Positions 44,129 through 54,196 of a stretch of 64,000 nucleotides of DNA are shown here, piece after piece. Source of the stretch: Clostridia bacterium (GTDB lineage: Bacteria; Bacillota; Clostridia; Oscillospirales; CAG-272). The translations under genes were made by a program, and so were the position numbers. The stretch covers positions 2,504 to 66,503 of the forward strand of contig JAFQOP010000003.1 of the NCBI GenBank assembly GCA_017403155.1. Reading direction: 5' to 3'. The stretch's first letter is position 1. Each line of letters begins with the position of its first letter. The notes under the pieces are model-generated. The model was given only the letters and a program-made list of their open reading frames with translations. It did no database searches and had not been told where the DNA came from.

Positions 44129-46834
44129 ATGTCAAATCTTCAAACGGATATAAACAGCTTTAAATATAAGGTCTCCATTGTTTGCTCTGTTTATAACGTC
44201 GAGAGCTACATCCGCGAGGCAATTGACAGCATTATTGCGCAGTCAATAGGCTTCAGGGAAAACGTTCAGATCGTTATGGTTGACGATGGCTCTACCGATA
44301 GTAGCGGTGCCATATGTGATGAGTATGCTGCCGAGTACCCCGATAACATCGTCGTTCTTCACAAGGAGAACGAGGGGCTCTCAAGAGCGAGAAAGGACGG
44401 CATCCCTCTCACTGTCGGTAAGTACGTCACCTTCTTTGACCCCGACGATATACTTTCATCCGAGACCCTTGAGAATGTAGTAAGGTTCTTTGATAAGCAC
44501 TACGACCGGACCGACGTTGTCTCCGTTCCCATCTATATGTTTGGCGGCTATGAGGGTGCCCATCCTCTTAACGACAAGTTCGAGGAGGGCACGAGAGTGA
44601 TAAACCTTGCCGAGGAATGGCAGGTTGCGCAGATGAGCCTCGCCACCGCATACATAAAGCGCGAGGTGATTAATCTCATAGATGCGGATGAGCAGCTCGT
44701 TACCAGCGAGGATGCAAAGGAGCTTGTCAAGATACTGACCGAAAAGATGACCCTCGGTGTTGTCAGCGAGGCGAAATATCTTTATCGCCGCCGCGGTAAT
44801 TCCCAGGTTGGCAAATCCAGATCCAAGCCTGCCTGGTATCTGACGTATCTTGAGCATTACACCGAGTGGGCGATTGATTATTGCCGCGAAAAGCTCGGCT
44901 ATGTTCCAAATTTCATATATTACACGCTTATGTACGACCTCCAGTGGAGGTTTATGCCCGCAAGGATAGAGAATGACGAAATCAGCGAGGAGCAGAAGAG
45001 AGAATACGTCACAAAGCTCTTCTCGCTTGTCAACGGCTTCCCGTCCGAGGTGATCTTCTGTCAGAGACTCCTTCCCGTCTACCATAAGCTATATCTTGCG
45101 TACAGAAGCCACGGTGCCACCCCTCCCGAGGTAATAAAGGGAGAGGACGGTGTGCATTACTGCTTCGCATATAACGGCGAGTCCCTCCATCCCATCGACG
45201 GAGAGCTCTGCAGAATCCATTTTATAAGATTAAGTGAGAAGAATCTGACCGTCGAGGGCACCTTCACCAGACCTGCCGTCGGCATTGATTTTTCCGCGCT
45301 TTATGCATCTGTTGGCGGCGAGCGAGTTCCCATCAGATGGACGGGCTACGATGAGAGCACCCTTTCGGCAGGAGTTGAAATATGCACCTCGTCGGGCTTT
45401 GAGCTGAAGCTCCCCCTCTCCGAGCTGACAAGCCCGACAACCCTCTCCTTTGAGATTGATATAGCGGGCACGGTCATTCCTCTTGGCGCGCCCTGCTATG
45501 AGAAATTTGCTCCCCTGACCGGAGAGTGCGAGTATTCCTACTATGCAAAGGGAGGATATATGCTCACTCCCTCCGCGGAGGGCATGGTTATTGCACCCGC
45601 CACAAGGAAGGAGATAAAGCGACGCGACAGGCTCTTTACGCGCGCGCTCCTGAGAGGCGAGGGCAAGGCGTCGAAGAAGGCATTCGTCGCCAGAATTCTC
45701 TATAAAACAGCAAAAAGAATATACCCGAAGAATATCTGGCTCGTGATGGACAAGGCTGACCGCGCCGACGATAACGGCGAGGCATTCTTCACGTATCTTT
45801 GCAAGAATAAGGACAAGCTCGATTGCACCCCCATATTTGCTATCAGCAAGAGCTCGGTTGACTATAAGCGCCTTAAAAGGATCGGACACGTCGTCCCGTA
45901 TATGTCCTGGCGCCACAAGATATTGCATCTGATTGCAAAGCACACCGTGTCGGCATACAGCCACGATGAGATAAGCCGTCCGTTCCTTGAGAATACTAAA
46001 TTTTATGCCAACCTTATGCAGGATAACCAGGTTATCTTCCTTCAGCACGGCATAATAAAGGACGACCTCTCGAAGAGCTTAAATCGCCGTCACAAGAACT
46101 TCAGCATGTTCGTCACCTCGACGGTGCAGGAGCGCGATTCGGTCCTCCGCTGCAACTACGGCTACAACGAGGACGAGGTAGTCCTCACGGGTCTGCCGAG
46201 ATACGACGCGCTTTATAACGCCCCCGAGAAGAAGATAACGATAATGCCGACCTGGCTAAGAAAGCTGTTCGGCAGCTATGATGCCGCCAGCTCGACCTGG
46301 TCGCTTCTCGACGGATTTGAGGAGAGTGAATACTACCTGTTCTACAACTCTCTCATCAATTCCGACAGACTCCTCAGCGCAGCAGAGAAGTACGGCTACA
46401 CAATTCAGTTTATGCCGCACCCCGTCTTCTTCCCCTACATGGACCGCTTCACCACCGACGGTCGCGCGGTAATTCTCGACCCTGCGACAAGATACAGAGA
46501 CGTATTTGCGACAAGCTCGCTGATAACCACCGACTATTCCTCGGTTGCCTTCGACTTCGCATACCTTCGCAAGCCCCTCTTCTATACCCAGTTTGAGGAG
46601 AATCACTATGAAACGGGCTACTTTGATTATGAGCGCGACGGCTTCGGTGAGGTCGAGAAAACCCTGGAAGCGACCGTTGACAGAATGATAGAGTATATGC
46701 AAAACGACTGCCGTCTCAAGGACGAATACAGAGCGCGCATAGACTCCTTCTTCGCCTTCGCAGACAAAAACAACTGCCGGCGCGTCTATGAGAAGATTCT
46801 CGAGGTTGAGAAATTAAAGGACGACAGACGGTAG
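44129..46834 (+). CDS. bifunctional GT2 glycosyltransferase / CDP-glycerol glycerophosphotransferase (TagF-like)
   Basis: RBS ggagga. GT2 N-terminus VSIVCSVYNVESYI...VDDGSTD...DPDD. TagF-like C-terminus IWLVMDKADRADDNGEAFF, IMPTW, LITTDYSSVAFDFAYLRKP. Confidence 0.88.
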   Translation: MSNLQTDINSFKYKVSIVCSVYNVESYIREAIDSIIAQSIGFRENVQIVMVDDGSTDSSGAICDEYAAEYPDNIVVLHKENEGLSRARKDGIPLTVGKYVTFFDPDDILSSETLENVVRFFDKHYDRTDVVSVPIYMFGGYEGAHPLNDKFEEGTRVINLAEEWQVAQMSLATAYIKREVINLIDADEQLVTSEDAKELVKILTEKMTLGVVSEAKYLYRRRGNSQVGKSRSKPAWYLTYLEHYTEWAIDYCREKLGYVPNFIYYTLMYDLQWRFMPARIENDEISEEQKREYVTKLFSLVNGFPSEVIFCQRLLPVYHKLYLAYRSHGATPPEVIKGEDGVHYCFAYNGESLHPIDGELCRIHFIRLSEKNLTVEGTFTRPAVGIDFSALYASVGGERVPIRWTGYDESTLSAGVEICTSSGFELKLPLSELTSPTTLSFEIDIAGTVIPLGAPCYEKFAPLTGECEYSYYAKGGYMLTPSAEGMVIAPATRKEIKRRDRLFTRALLRGEGKASKKAFVARILYKTAKRIYPKNIWLVMDKADRADDNGEAFFTYLCKNKDKLDCTPIFAISKSSVDYKRLKRIGHVVPYMSWRHKILHLIAKHTVSAYSHDEISRPFLENTKFYANLMQDNQVIFLQHGIIKDDLSKSLNRRHKNFSMFVTSTVQERDSVLRCNYGYNEDEVVLTGLPRYDALYNAPEKKITIMPTWLRKLFGSYDAASSTWSLLDGFEESEYYLFYNSLINSDRLLSAAEKYGYTIQFMPHPVFFPYMDRFTTDGRAVILDPATRYRDVFATSSLITTDYSSVAFDFAYLRKPLFYTQFEENHYETGYFDYERDGFGEVEKTLEATVDRMIEYMQNDCRLKDEYRARIDSFFAFADKNNCRRVYEKILEVEKLKDDRR

Positions 46835-46891
46835 TCTGACATTTCCCACGGTCGGAGTGTCACGAAAACCAAAAAAGTAACGGAGTAAATT

Positions 46892-47656
46892 ATGTTTACT
46901 AAATTCAAAGAGAATAGCTTCCTTTTTTCCGAGCTGGTAAAAAGGGACTTCAAAAAGAAGTATAAGCGCACCTATCTCGGCATGCTGTGGAGCGTTCTGT
47001 CCCCACTTCTCACCCTGCTGGTCATGAGGCTGGTGTTCACGAAGTTCTTCGGCAATGAGATAGAGCACTACACGATATACCTCTTCTGCGGTAACATCGT
47101 ATTCTCCTTCTTCAGCGATTGCACGAACGGAGGCATGGGCTCCCTGATGGGAAACGCGCACATCTTCTCGAAGATAAACGTGCCTAAATACCTCTTCCTC
47201 TTCTCGCGCACCGTATCCTCGCTCATCAACTTCGGACTGACGTTTATCGTTTTCCTTATCTTCTGTGTTATCGACGGGGTACCCTTCTCGTTCAGCTTCT
47301 TCGCGCTGATAATTCCCATCATCTGCCTCGTTATATTCAACGTAGGTGTGGGACTTATCCTCTCGGCGCTCTTTATGTTCTTCCGCGACGTGCAGTATCT
47401 GTGGAGCGTGTTCTCCATGCTCCTTATGTATATGTCGGCAATCTTCTACGACCCCGCCCGCTTCGGCGCGCTTGAGCGCCTCTTCCTCATCAATCCCGTC
47501 TACGTGTATATCAAGTATTTCAGGATTGCGGTGCTGGAGGGCTACCTGCCGTCAATTCAGTTCCACCTTCTTGCCATCGGCTATGCGGTAGTATTCTTCG
47601 CTATCGGAGCTCTGATATACAAGAAGTTCAACCACAAGTTCATCTATTACATCTGA
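46892..47656 (+). CDS. tagG: ABC-2 type polymer export permease (TagG/Wzm-like)
   Basis: 254 aa, 6 TM helices. N-terminal ELVKRDFKKKYKRTYLGMLWSVLSPLL signature. Confidence 0.85.
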   Translation: MFTKFKENSFLFSELVKRDFKKKYKRTYLGMLWSVLSPLLTLLVMRLVFTKFFGNEIEHYTIYLFCGNIVFSFFSDCTNGGMGSLMGNAHIFSKINVPKYLFLFSRTVSSLINFGLTFIVFLIFCVIDGVPFSFSFFALIIPIICLVIFNVGVGLILSALFMFFRDVQYLWSVFSMLLMYMSAIFYDPARFGALERLFLINPVYVYIKYFRIAVLEGYLPSIQFHLLAIGYAVVFFAIGALIYKKFNHKFIYYI

Positions 47657-47669
47657 GGAGGGAAGAGCA

Positions 47670-48437
47670 GTGACACACGAACCTATCCTCTCCTTGGACA
47701 ACGTCTCCATCCGTTATATGACGGGAGATTTCAAGGAGATTGGAATAAAAGAGTTTTTCCTGCGTAAGATAACGGGAAAGTACAAGGTGACCGAGTTCTG
47801 GGCTGACAGGCACGTCACCTTCACCATCAACCGCGGCGATATGCTCGGTATAATCGGCACCAACGGTGCGGGCAAATCCACACTTCTCAAGGCGGTCTCC
47901 GGCATTATGCGACCCACCGAGGGCACAGTGTGGTGCAACGGCAAGATAGCCGCCCTGCTTGAGCTCGGCTCGGGCTTCGACGGAGACCTCACCGTCGGTG
48001 AGAACACCTATCTTCGCGGTGCCATGCTCGGCTACACAAGAAGGTTTATGGACGAGAAATATCGGGAAATACTCGCCTTTGCTGAGCTTGAGGAATATGA
48101 GGAAAGAGCCTTCAAGCATCTCTCCTCGGGAATGAAATCCCGCCTCGCCTTCTCAATTGCCTCTCTCGTCAACCCCGATATCCTCATCCTCGACGAGGTT
48201 CTCTCGGTCGGTGACGGCGCCTTCCGCAAGAAGAGCGAGGCAAAGATGAAGTCTATAATAAACGGCGGAGCCACAACGATTCTCGTCTCCCACTCGATTC
48301 CGCAGGTGCGCTCGATGTGCAGCAAGATTCTCTGGCTCGACCACGGCAAGCAGATAACCTTTGGCGATGACGTGAACGGTATATGCGACGCATACGAGGA
48401 ATTCCTCAAAACCAAGGTCTTACCGACTAATCTTTAA
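47670..48437 (+). CDS. tagH: polymer export ABC ATP-binding protein (TagH/Wzt-like)
   Basis: Walker A GTNGAGKST, LSSGMKSRLAF, Walker B LILDEVLSVGD. GTG start after ggaggg. Confidence 0.88.
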   Translation: MTHEPILSLDNVSIRYMTGDFKEIGIKEFFLRKITGKYKVTEFWADRHVTFTINRGDMLGIIGTNGAGKSTLLKAVSGIMRPTEGTVWCNGKIAALLELGSGFDGDLTVGENTYLRGAMLGYTRRFMDEKYREILAFAELEEYEERAFKHLSSGMKSRLAFSIASLVNPDILILDEVLSVGDGAFRKKSEAKMKSIINGGATTILVSHSIPQVRSMCSKILWLDHGKQITFGDDVNGICDAYEEFLKTKVLPTNL

Positions 48438-48466
48438 TTAAAGCAGCATTAAGGAGAAAAAGGAAA

Positions 48467-51172
48467 TTGGATAAGCCGATTCTCAGTAGCAAAGAGTACA
48501 AATACAAATTCACACTGATATGTGCGGTTTACAATGTAGAAAACTATATAGAGGAAACGCTTGAGAGCTTTATTTCGCAGGATATTGGCTTCATTGAGAA
48601 CGTCCAGGTAGTATTGGTTAACGACGGATCAAAGGACGGTAGCGGCGCTATATGCGATAAATATGCCCTAAGGTATCCCGATAATATAAAGGTCATTCAC
48701 AAGGCTAACGGCGGAGTTTCCTCTGCGAGAAATATTGGTCTGCAGAATATAGAGGGAAAGTATTATAACTTCTGTGATCCTGATGACCTTCTTACTCGCA
48801 ACACGCTATCATCTGTATGGAAATTCTTCGAGGAGCATGAGGACGAGATCGATATTGCAACTATCCCTATGCATTTCTTTGAGGCATATACAGGTGTACC
48901 GTACCATAACTCAAAGTTTGAAAAGGGAACGCGCGTTATAGATCTTATGGCAGAGCCATACGCGCCCCTGTTCAGCAGTTCCTCCTCATTTATCCATAGC
49001 AGAATGAAGGATAAGTTTACGTTTGATACAAGGCTGAAGTTTGCCGAGGACTCTAAGTACATCCAGCACATTCTCCTCGAGAAGCTTGCACTCGGTGTTG
49101 TTGCCGACTGCAAATATATGTATAGGAGACGTGTAGCAAACACCTCGGCAATAAATTCATCACAGAACAAGGACGAGTGGTATTTTGACACTCTTGAGCA
49201 CTCATTCTGGGATACTATGCAGTATGCCAAGGAGAAGTACGGATACATTCCTCAGTTCATCCAGCATACCTTCCTTTGTGATTTCAAATGGCGTCTGACG
49301 CAGGCAAGGGAGGACAATAAGTATATAGACAAGGATGAGGAAACCTACAATAAATATTTCGCTCTCCTGTCCAGATGCATAAACGAGATAGATGTAGACG
49401 TGGTGATGTCAAACCAGTTCTACAATGCTCAGCTGATGCTTCTTGTGCTGAAGGATATTCAAAAGCGAGATCTTACGATAAGAAATCTGCGCGGAGTGGA
49501 CTGCTATTTCTTCGGAAGAAAATGGCTTTTCGACCTTTCCAGACTCTTTGAGGCTGAATTTGATATTTTTGAGCCTAAGGGGGATCACGCCGATTTGTAT
49601 TTTTCCATCAGCGGTCCTTCCACAATTGAAAAATATGAGTTCTGCCTCGAGGTTAACGGGCAGAGATGCTTCGCATCACTTTTGAAGAGTGAGTCCGCCT
49701 ACAACCTTCATATCAATTCGGGCATAAAGAGGTATTACAAGGTATCAATTCCGCTAAAGGACAAGGAAAATTACTTCTCGCTTAAAATGTGCGATAAGGC
49801 TACCAACCGTCTGTCTATGGTTGAGGTTAACAAATTCGGCAGATTCTTCCCCCTCAACACGGTACCTACTTCGTATTTCTCCTTCGGTCGGTACGTTATG
49901 AGAAGGTCGGATAAGCAGGTGTTCCTGATTAAGAGGGCATCGAGAATACGTAAGCTGGCATATGAGCTGAAATATTGCCGCAGTCTGCTCAAGGTCAAGA
50001 ATCCAAAGGGCACCAAAATTATTGCATACAGATGGTTGTATTTTGTCGGCAGGCTCTTCTCATTTAAGAAGAAGTGGCTGCTTATGGATAGAATCAATAA
50101 GGCAGACGATAATGCAGAGGCGCTCTTTGATTATATGAATAAAAAGGGTCGCAGAAAGGCAAAGGCAAGATTTGCCGTTGCTGACGGAGGGGAGCTCAAG
50201 AGACTTAAAAAGAGGTATAGGGGTGTAATAAAATACAATACACGCCGCTTTTATCTTAACTATGTATTGAGTGACGTCATAATATCTTCCCACGTTGATG
50301 ACTTCATAATGAGACCCCTTTTGTGGAAACAGGTCTATATCAAGGATATATCTGCGAAGAAGAAATTCGTATTCCTTCAGCACGGTGTAACACAGAACGA
50401 TATTTCGAATTATCTCAACAAGTTCAGCAAAAATATATATGGCATTACCGTAGTGTCCGATATAGAGAGGGAGAACATTTCCCGGACGGAATATATGTAT
50501 GAAGATTCCAACATCTGGCTGAGTGGCTTTGCTCGCTTTGACCGCTTGTATGATGCAACCGAGAAGGTTGTAACAATCATGCCTACCTGGCGCAGCTATC
50601 TTGCGGCAGGTATGGATAACGAGACCGGAATTTGGAAGCTGTACGATGATTTTAAGGATTCGTCGTTCTATACCTTCTACAATAATCTGCTGAATGATGA
50701 GCGGCTGATAGAGGCAGCACAGAGGAGCGGATATAGTCTGCAGTTTATGCCACATCCGATACTTGCTCCGCATATCGATCTGTTTGATAAGAACGAGAAC
50801 GTCGAATTCCTCGACCCACTGACCTCTTACCGCGAAATTTACGCGCGAAGCGCGCTGGTTCTTACCGACTATTCCTCGGCAGTATTTGACTTCGCATACC
50901 TGCGTAAGCCCGTTCTTTATACGCAGTTTGACCGAGAGGAAATGCAAAAGCGTGCCAACACCTATTCGTTGAACGTCGATTTCTATGATAAATACGCATT
51001 CGGAGAGATTGCGTTCGACTATGACACTACCGTAGACCTCCTTATTGAGTATATGGAGAACGGCTGTCGTGTTAAGGACGAATATCGTAAAAAAATTGAT
51101 GATTTCTTTGCATACAACGATAACAATAACTGTGCTCGTATAGTAGAGAGGATCGTCAAGTCGCGCGATTAA
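48467..51172 (+). CDS. second bifunctional GT2 / CDP-glycerol glycerophosphotransferase (paralog, visibly lower GC)
   Basis: TTG start after aaggag. Same architecture as 44129-46834 (FTLICAVYNVENYI...VNDGSKD...DPDD; WLLMDRINKADDNAEALF; IMPTW; VLTDYSSAVFDFAYLRKP). Confidence 0.85.
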   Translation: MDKPILSSKEYKYKFTLICAVYNVENYIEETLESFISQDIGFIENVQVVLVNDGSKDGSGAICDKYALRYPDNIKVIHKANGGVSSARNIGLQNIEGKYYNFCDPDDLLTRNTLSSVWKFFEEHEDEIDIATIPMHFFEAYTGVPYHNSKFEKGTRVIDLMAEPYAPLFSSSSSFIHSRMKDKFTFDTRLKFAEDSKYIQHILLEKLALGVVADCKYMYRRRVANTSAINSSQNKDEWYFDTLEHSFWDTMQYAKEKYGYIPQFIQHTFLCDFKWRLTQAREDNKYIDKDEETYNKYFALLSRCINEIDVDVVMSNQFYNAQLMLLVLKDIQKRDLTIRNLRGVDCYFFGRKWLFDLSRLFEAEFDIFEPKGDHADLYFSISGPSTIEKYEFCLEVNGQRCFASLLKSESAYNLHINSGIKRYYKVSIPLKDKENYFSLKMCDKATNRLSMVEVNKFGRFFPLNTVPTSYFSFGRYVMRRSDKQVFLIKRASRIRKLAYELKYCRSLLKVKNPKGTKIIAYRWLYFVGRLFSFKKKWLLMDRINKADDNAEALFDYMNKKGRRKAKARFAVADGGELKRLKKRYRGVIKYNTRRFYLNYVLSDVIISSHVDDFIMRPLLWKQVYIKDISAKKKFVFLQHGVTQNDISNYLNKFSKNIYGITVVSDIERENISRTEYMYEDSNIWLSGFARFDRLYDATEKVVTIMPTWRSYLAAGMDNETGIWKLYDDFKDSSFYTFYNNLLNDERLIEAAQRSGYSLQFMPHPILAPHIDLFDKNENVEFLDPLTSYREIYARSALVLTDYSSAVFDFAYLRKPVLYTQFDREEMQKRANTYSLNVDFYDKYAFGEIAFDYDTTVDLLIEYMENGCRVKDEYRKKIDDFFAYNDNNNCARIVERIVKSRD

Positions 51173-51263
51173 ATCCCTCAAAAAAGAAAGGGAGAAATAG
51201 TATATCTTCCCAATGTGTTCTTGGGCTTGAAGCACGCGAGTTCTTCGGAATTTGATAAATACA

Positions 51264-51300
51264 GAAAAAATCCCGACGGAAAATTCCGTCGGGATTTTTA
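51264..51300. terminator. bidirectional rho-independent terminator
   Basis: aatcccgacgga (51269-51280) pairs with tccgtcgggatt (51286-51297), flanked by A- and T-runs. Confidence 0.8.
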
Positions 51301-51310
51301 TCATTTATTA

Positions 51311-53116
51311 TTAGTTCTTCTTGTAAAGGGGGCCGTAGGCTGCGCAAGCGCGGTAGTCCTGACCCTCCTTATCAGCGCCAAAGGCGTTCCAAGCCGCAGG
51401 GCGGAAGATGTTCTCGGGAGAGACGTTGTGCATACATACGGGTATGCGGAGCATCGAGCAGAGGGTAATGAGGTCTGCGCCGATGTGACCGTAGCTGATA
51501 GCGCCGTGGTTAGCACCCCAGTTGTTCATAACCGAGTATGCATTCTCAAACGGAGAGCCTGCAACACCGTCGCATCTGGGTGCGAACCAGGTGCAGGGCC
51601 AGGTGTAGTCGGTTCTCTTCCAGAGTGTGTCGGTAACCTCGAGGGGAAGGTCAACCGTCCAGCCCTCGGCTATCTGGAGCACGGGGCCAAGACCCTTTAC
51701 GAGGTTGAGTCTTATCATAGTGCAGGGAACCTCAGCACGGGTAAGGAAGCGAGAGGAGAATCCTCCGCCTCTGAAGTATCCGTTGTCAGCAGGGCACCAC
51801 TCTACGTTTGCCATAATTGCATCGGCATCCTTCGCAGTAACGTCGAACCACCTCTTGATTTCGGGCTCGCCTGCCTCGTTCTTTGCCTGGCAGCTTGCAT
51901 CAAGGCAAGCCGCACCCGAGTTGATAAGGTGGATAAATCCGCCTGCCTCGGCAGCCTTGCCCTCTATCTCATAGCCCGTAACTCTCTTAACAGCCTCGCC
52001 CGACCAGTAGGTACGTACGTCAGCGAATATCTGGGGACGGTTGGTAAGCAGCTTCATAAACAGCATACCGAAGCCGTTGAGCACGTCGTTCTCTGTTGCG
52101 AGTATGTAGGGCTCACGGATGCCGTTCCAGTCAAAGGAGGAGTTGAGGATTGCCTCGGCAAAGTCGCCGTTGGGGTAGAAGTCAGTCCACTGTCTCTGTC
52201 CCTGGAAGCCTGCCGCAATAGCGTTGTGACCGACCTTCTCCTCCTCGCAGCCCTTGGGGAGCTTGTCGTTGCCGTTCATAAGGTCCTTGATGATAATAGC
52301 GGTCTTAACGCAGAATTCGAGCTCCTCCTCCTTCTTCTCGTCGGAGTGCTTGATAAAGTCGGGGTTCTTGTCAAAGCCGATAATGCACTTCTCCTTCGCC
52401 CACTTCATAGCCTTGTCAAACTCGTCCTTGTCGTAGATGCCCTCTGTCATGCGGCGGATGATCTCAACCTCGTCAACCGACTCGACTCTCATGCCGAAGT
52501 AGTCCTCGATAAAGTCGGAGTTTATCTGCGAGCCTGCGATACCCATGCAGAGCGAGCCTATCTGGAGATAGGACTTTCCTCTCATCGTGGCCGCAGCGAC
52601 AGCCGCGCGACCGAAGCGGAGCAGCTTCTCCTCTACGTCCTTCGGGATAGTGGTGTCGTCCAGATCCTGCACCTCGTGGCCATAGATGCCGAATGCGGGC
52701 AGACCCTTCTGCGCGTGACCTGCGAGCACTGCCGCGAGGTAAACCGCACCGGGGCGCTCAGTGCCGTTGAAGCCCCACACACCCTTGATGGTGAGGGGGT
52801 CCATATCCATAGTCTCCGAGCCGTAGCACCAGCAGGGAGTAACGGTGAGGGTGATGTCAACGCCCTCGCGGCGGAACTTCTCTGCGCAGGCAGCTGCCTC
52901 GGCAACTCTGCCGATGGTGGTATCTGCTATAACTACCTTAACGGGCTCGCCGTTGGAATACTTGAGATTTTCGCTGAAGAGCTTTGCCGCGCTCTTCGCC
53001 ATATTCATAGTCTGTACCTCGAGAGATTCGCGCACACCGAGTGCACCGCGACGTCCGTCGATGGTGGGGCGGATACCGATAACGGGATACTCGCCGATAA
53101 GTCTGCTTTTTGCCAT
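51311..53116 (-). CDS. fucI: L-fucose isomerase
   Basis: 601 aa. N-terminus [33 protein letters not shown] and overall length are typical of FucI. RBS aaggagg. Confidence 0.9.
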   Translation of the reverse strand: MAKSRLIGEYPVIGIRPTIDGRRGALGVRESLEVQTMNMAKSAAKLFSENLKYSNGEPVKVVIADTTIGRVAEAAACAEKFRREGVDITLTVTPCWCYGSETMDMDPLTIKGVWGFNGTERPGAVYLAAVLAGHAQKGLPAFGIYGHEVQDLDDTTIPKDVEEKLLRFGRAAVAAATMRGKSYLQIGSLCMGIAGSQINSDFIEDYFGMRVESVDEVEIIRRMTEGIYDKDEFDKAMKWAKEKCIIGFDKNPDFIKHSDEKKEEELEFCVKTAIIIKDLMNGNDKLPKGCEEEKVGHNAIAAGFQGQRQWTDFYPNGDFAEAILNSSFDWNGIREPYILATENDVLNGFGMLFMKLLTNRPQIFADVRTYWSGEAVKRVTGYEIEGKAAEAGGFIHLINSGAACLDASCQAKNEAGEPEIKRWFDVTAKDADAIMANVEWCPADNGYFRGGGFSSRFLTRAEVPCTMIRLNLVKGLGPVLQIAEGWTVDLPLEVTDTLWKRTDYTWPCTWFAPRCDGVAGSPFENAYSVMNNWGANHGAISYGHIGADLITLCSMLRIPVCMHNVSPENIFRPAAWNAFGADKEGQDYRACAAYGPLYKKN

Positions 53117-53286
53117 AAGAAATTCCTCCTTGCAGTGAGCGACTCGAAGAGCCGTTCTTAAATATTTTATTCTTACAATAATATTATAAAGTTATATTTT
53201 GCTAAAAGCAATACGTCATTTTCACAAAAAACCCTATACTTCTTTAGGCAATAATGAATAAAAAAACGCGCGCACGCGCGTGAGTC

Positions 53287-53315
53287 TTGACAAAAGGTGC
53301 GTCCTTCGGTAAAAT
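53287..53315 (+). promoter_or_regulatory. sigma-A type promoter upstream of the GH94 remnant
   Basis: TTGACA 53287-53292, 17-nt spacer, TAAAAT 53310-53315. Confidence 0.65.
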
Positions 53316-53346
53316 GAAAAGAGAAAAAAGCTAAAGGAGACGACGA

Positions 53347-53586
53347 GTGTATTCTTTTAACAATGAGAAAAAGGAGATCACCTTTGACAGCCATAGAACA
53401 CCCACCCCGTGGATGAACTATTTCTCAAACGGCTCGTTTCACACGATGATGTCGCAGGCAGGCGGCGGCGTTGCCTTCTATAAGTCGCCACAGATATGGC
53501 GCATAAACCACTACCGCTTCTTCCACCTCCCGACCGTCCTTATCCCTCACGTTGATGGCAGAGAGCACTGCGAGATAACAGTGTAA
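53347..53586 (+). pseudogene. N-terminal remnant of a GH94 cellobiose/chitobiose-phosphorylase-like gene
   Basis: 79-aa ORF. The first 60 aa or so (RTPTPWMNYFSNGSFHTMMSQAGGGVAFYKSPQIWRINHYRFFHLPT) match the N-terminus of 800-900 aa GH94 phosphorylases as I recall them. The ORF then diverges and stops, and a terminator follows. Confidence 0.6.
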
Positions 53587-53624
53587 AAAGGAAAGGCGCG
53601 ACGGTGTCACCGTCGCGCCTTTTG
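53587..53624. terminator. bidirectional rho-independent terminator
   Basis: aggcgcgacgg (53594-53604) pairs with ccgtcgcgcct (53610-53620), flanked by A- and T-runs. Confidence 0.75.
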
Positions 53625-53631
53625 TACGGAC

Positions 53632-53910
53632 CTAGCCGAGCTCGTCCTCGACAACGTAGGCAAGGTCAATCGGTGTTGCCAGATTGTCGCACAGCTTGTC
53701 GAAGAAGCGCTCCGCCTTCCTCTCGTCGGCAAAGATGCCGCCCGTGTGCGCCTCGGTGACTTTTCCCGTCCTGCCGCACTCCATCCGCACGCGTAGGGAA
53801 TAGACGGGTATTCCTACCGTGGTTGTGACGGTGTCGGTGTTGTAGATAAGCTCATAGATATAGGTGTCGCCACCCTCGCAGCGGCGCCTTTGCCTTATGC
53901 ACTCGGTCAT
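53632..53910 (-). CDS. small hypothetical protein (DUF6514-like pattern)
   Basis: 92 aa. YIYELIY...VYSLRV...ATPIDLAYVVEDEL resembles the small clostridial DUF6514 family from memory. Confidence 0.5.
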   Translation of the reverse strand: MTECIRQRRRCEGGDTYIYELIYNTDTVTTTVGIPVYSLRVRMECGRTGKVTEAHTGGIFADERKAERFFDKLCDNLATPIDLAYVVEDELG

Positions 53911-54196
53911 TCGTGTTTTCTCCCCTTATGTATTTACGGGAATATTATATCATAAATAAAAAAATAAAGTTGTTAAGATATGGGGCAAAATAATGCTCGA
54001 TAGCCGTCGAAGTCTGTCCCGCATTGCCAAAATTGTCTCTTCCCGACAGATATATGCACAAGTCGACAAAAAGAAAAAGCACCGACGGGACGGGCAGTGG
54101 AGTGCGCGTGCCTTCGACGATGCTTTTTGCACTGACTTTAAGTCAAAAAAATTGAAATAATTGCAGAATCTGCCTGATTGAACGGAGAGGTAAATT

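Noticed and set aside
50060-51304. 414-aa ORF on the minus strand
   Set aside because: Antisense to the second GT2-TagF gene and running through its terminator. No motifs.
51215-53161. 648-aa ORF on the plus strand
   Set aside because: Antisense to fucI, whose product is full length and unmistakable. The plus-strand ORF begins inside a terminator.
53950-54132. 60-aa minus-strand ORF in the intergenic region
   Set aside because: No SD. Cys/Arg-rich, low-complexity translation. It lies in the probable promoter region between two minus-strand genes.
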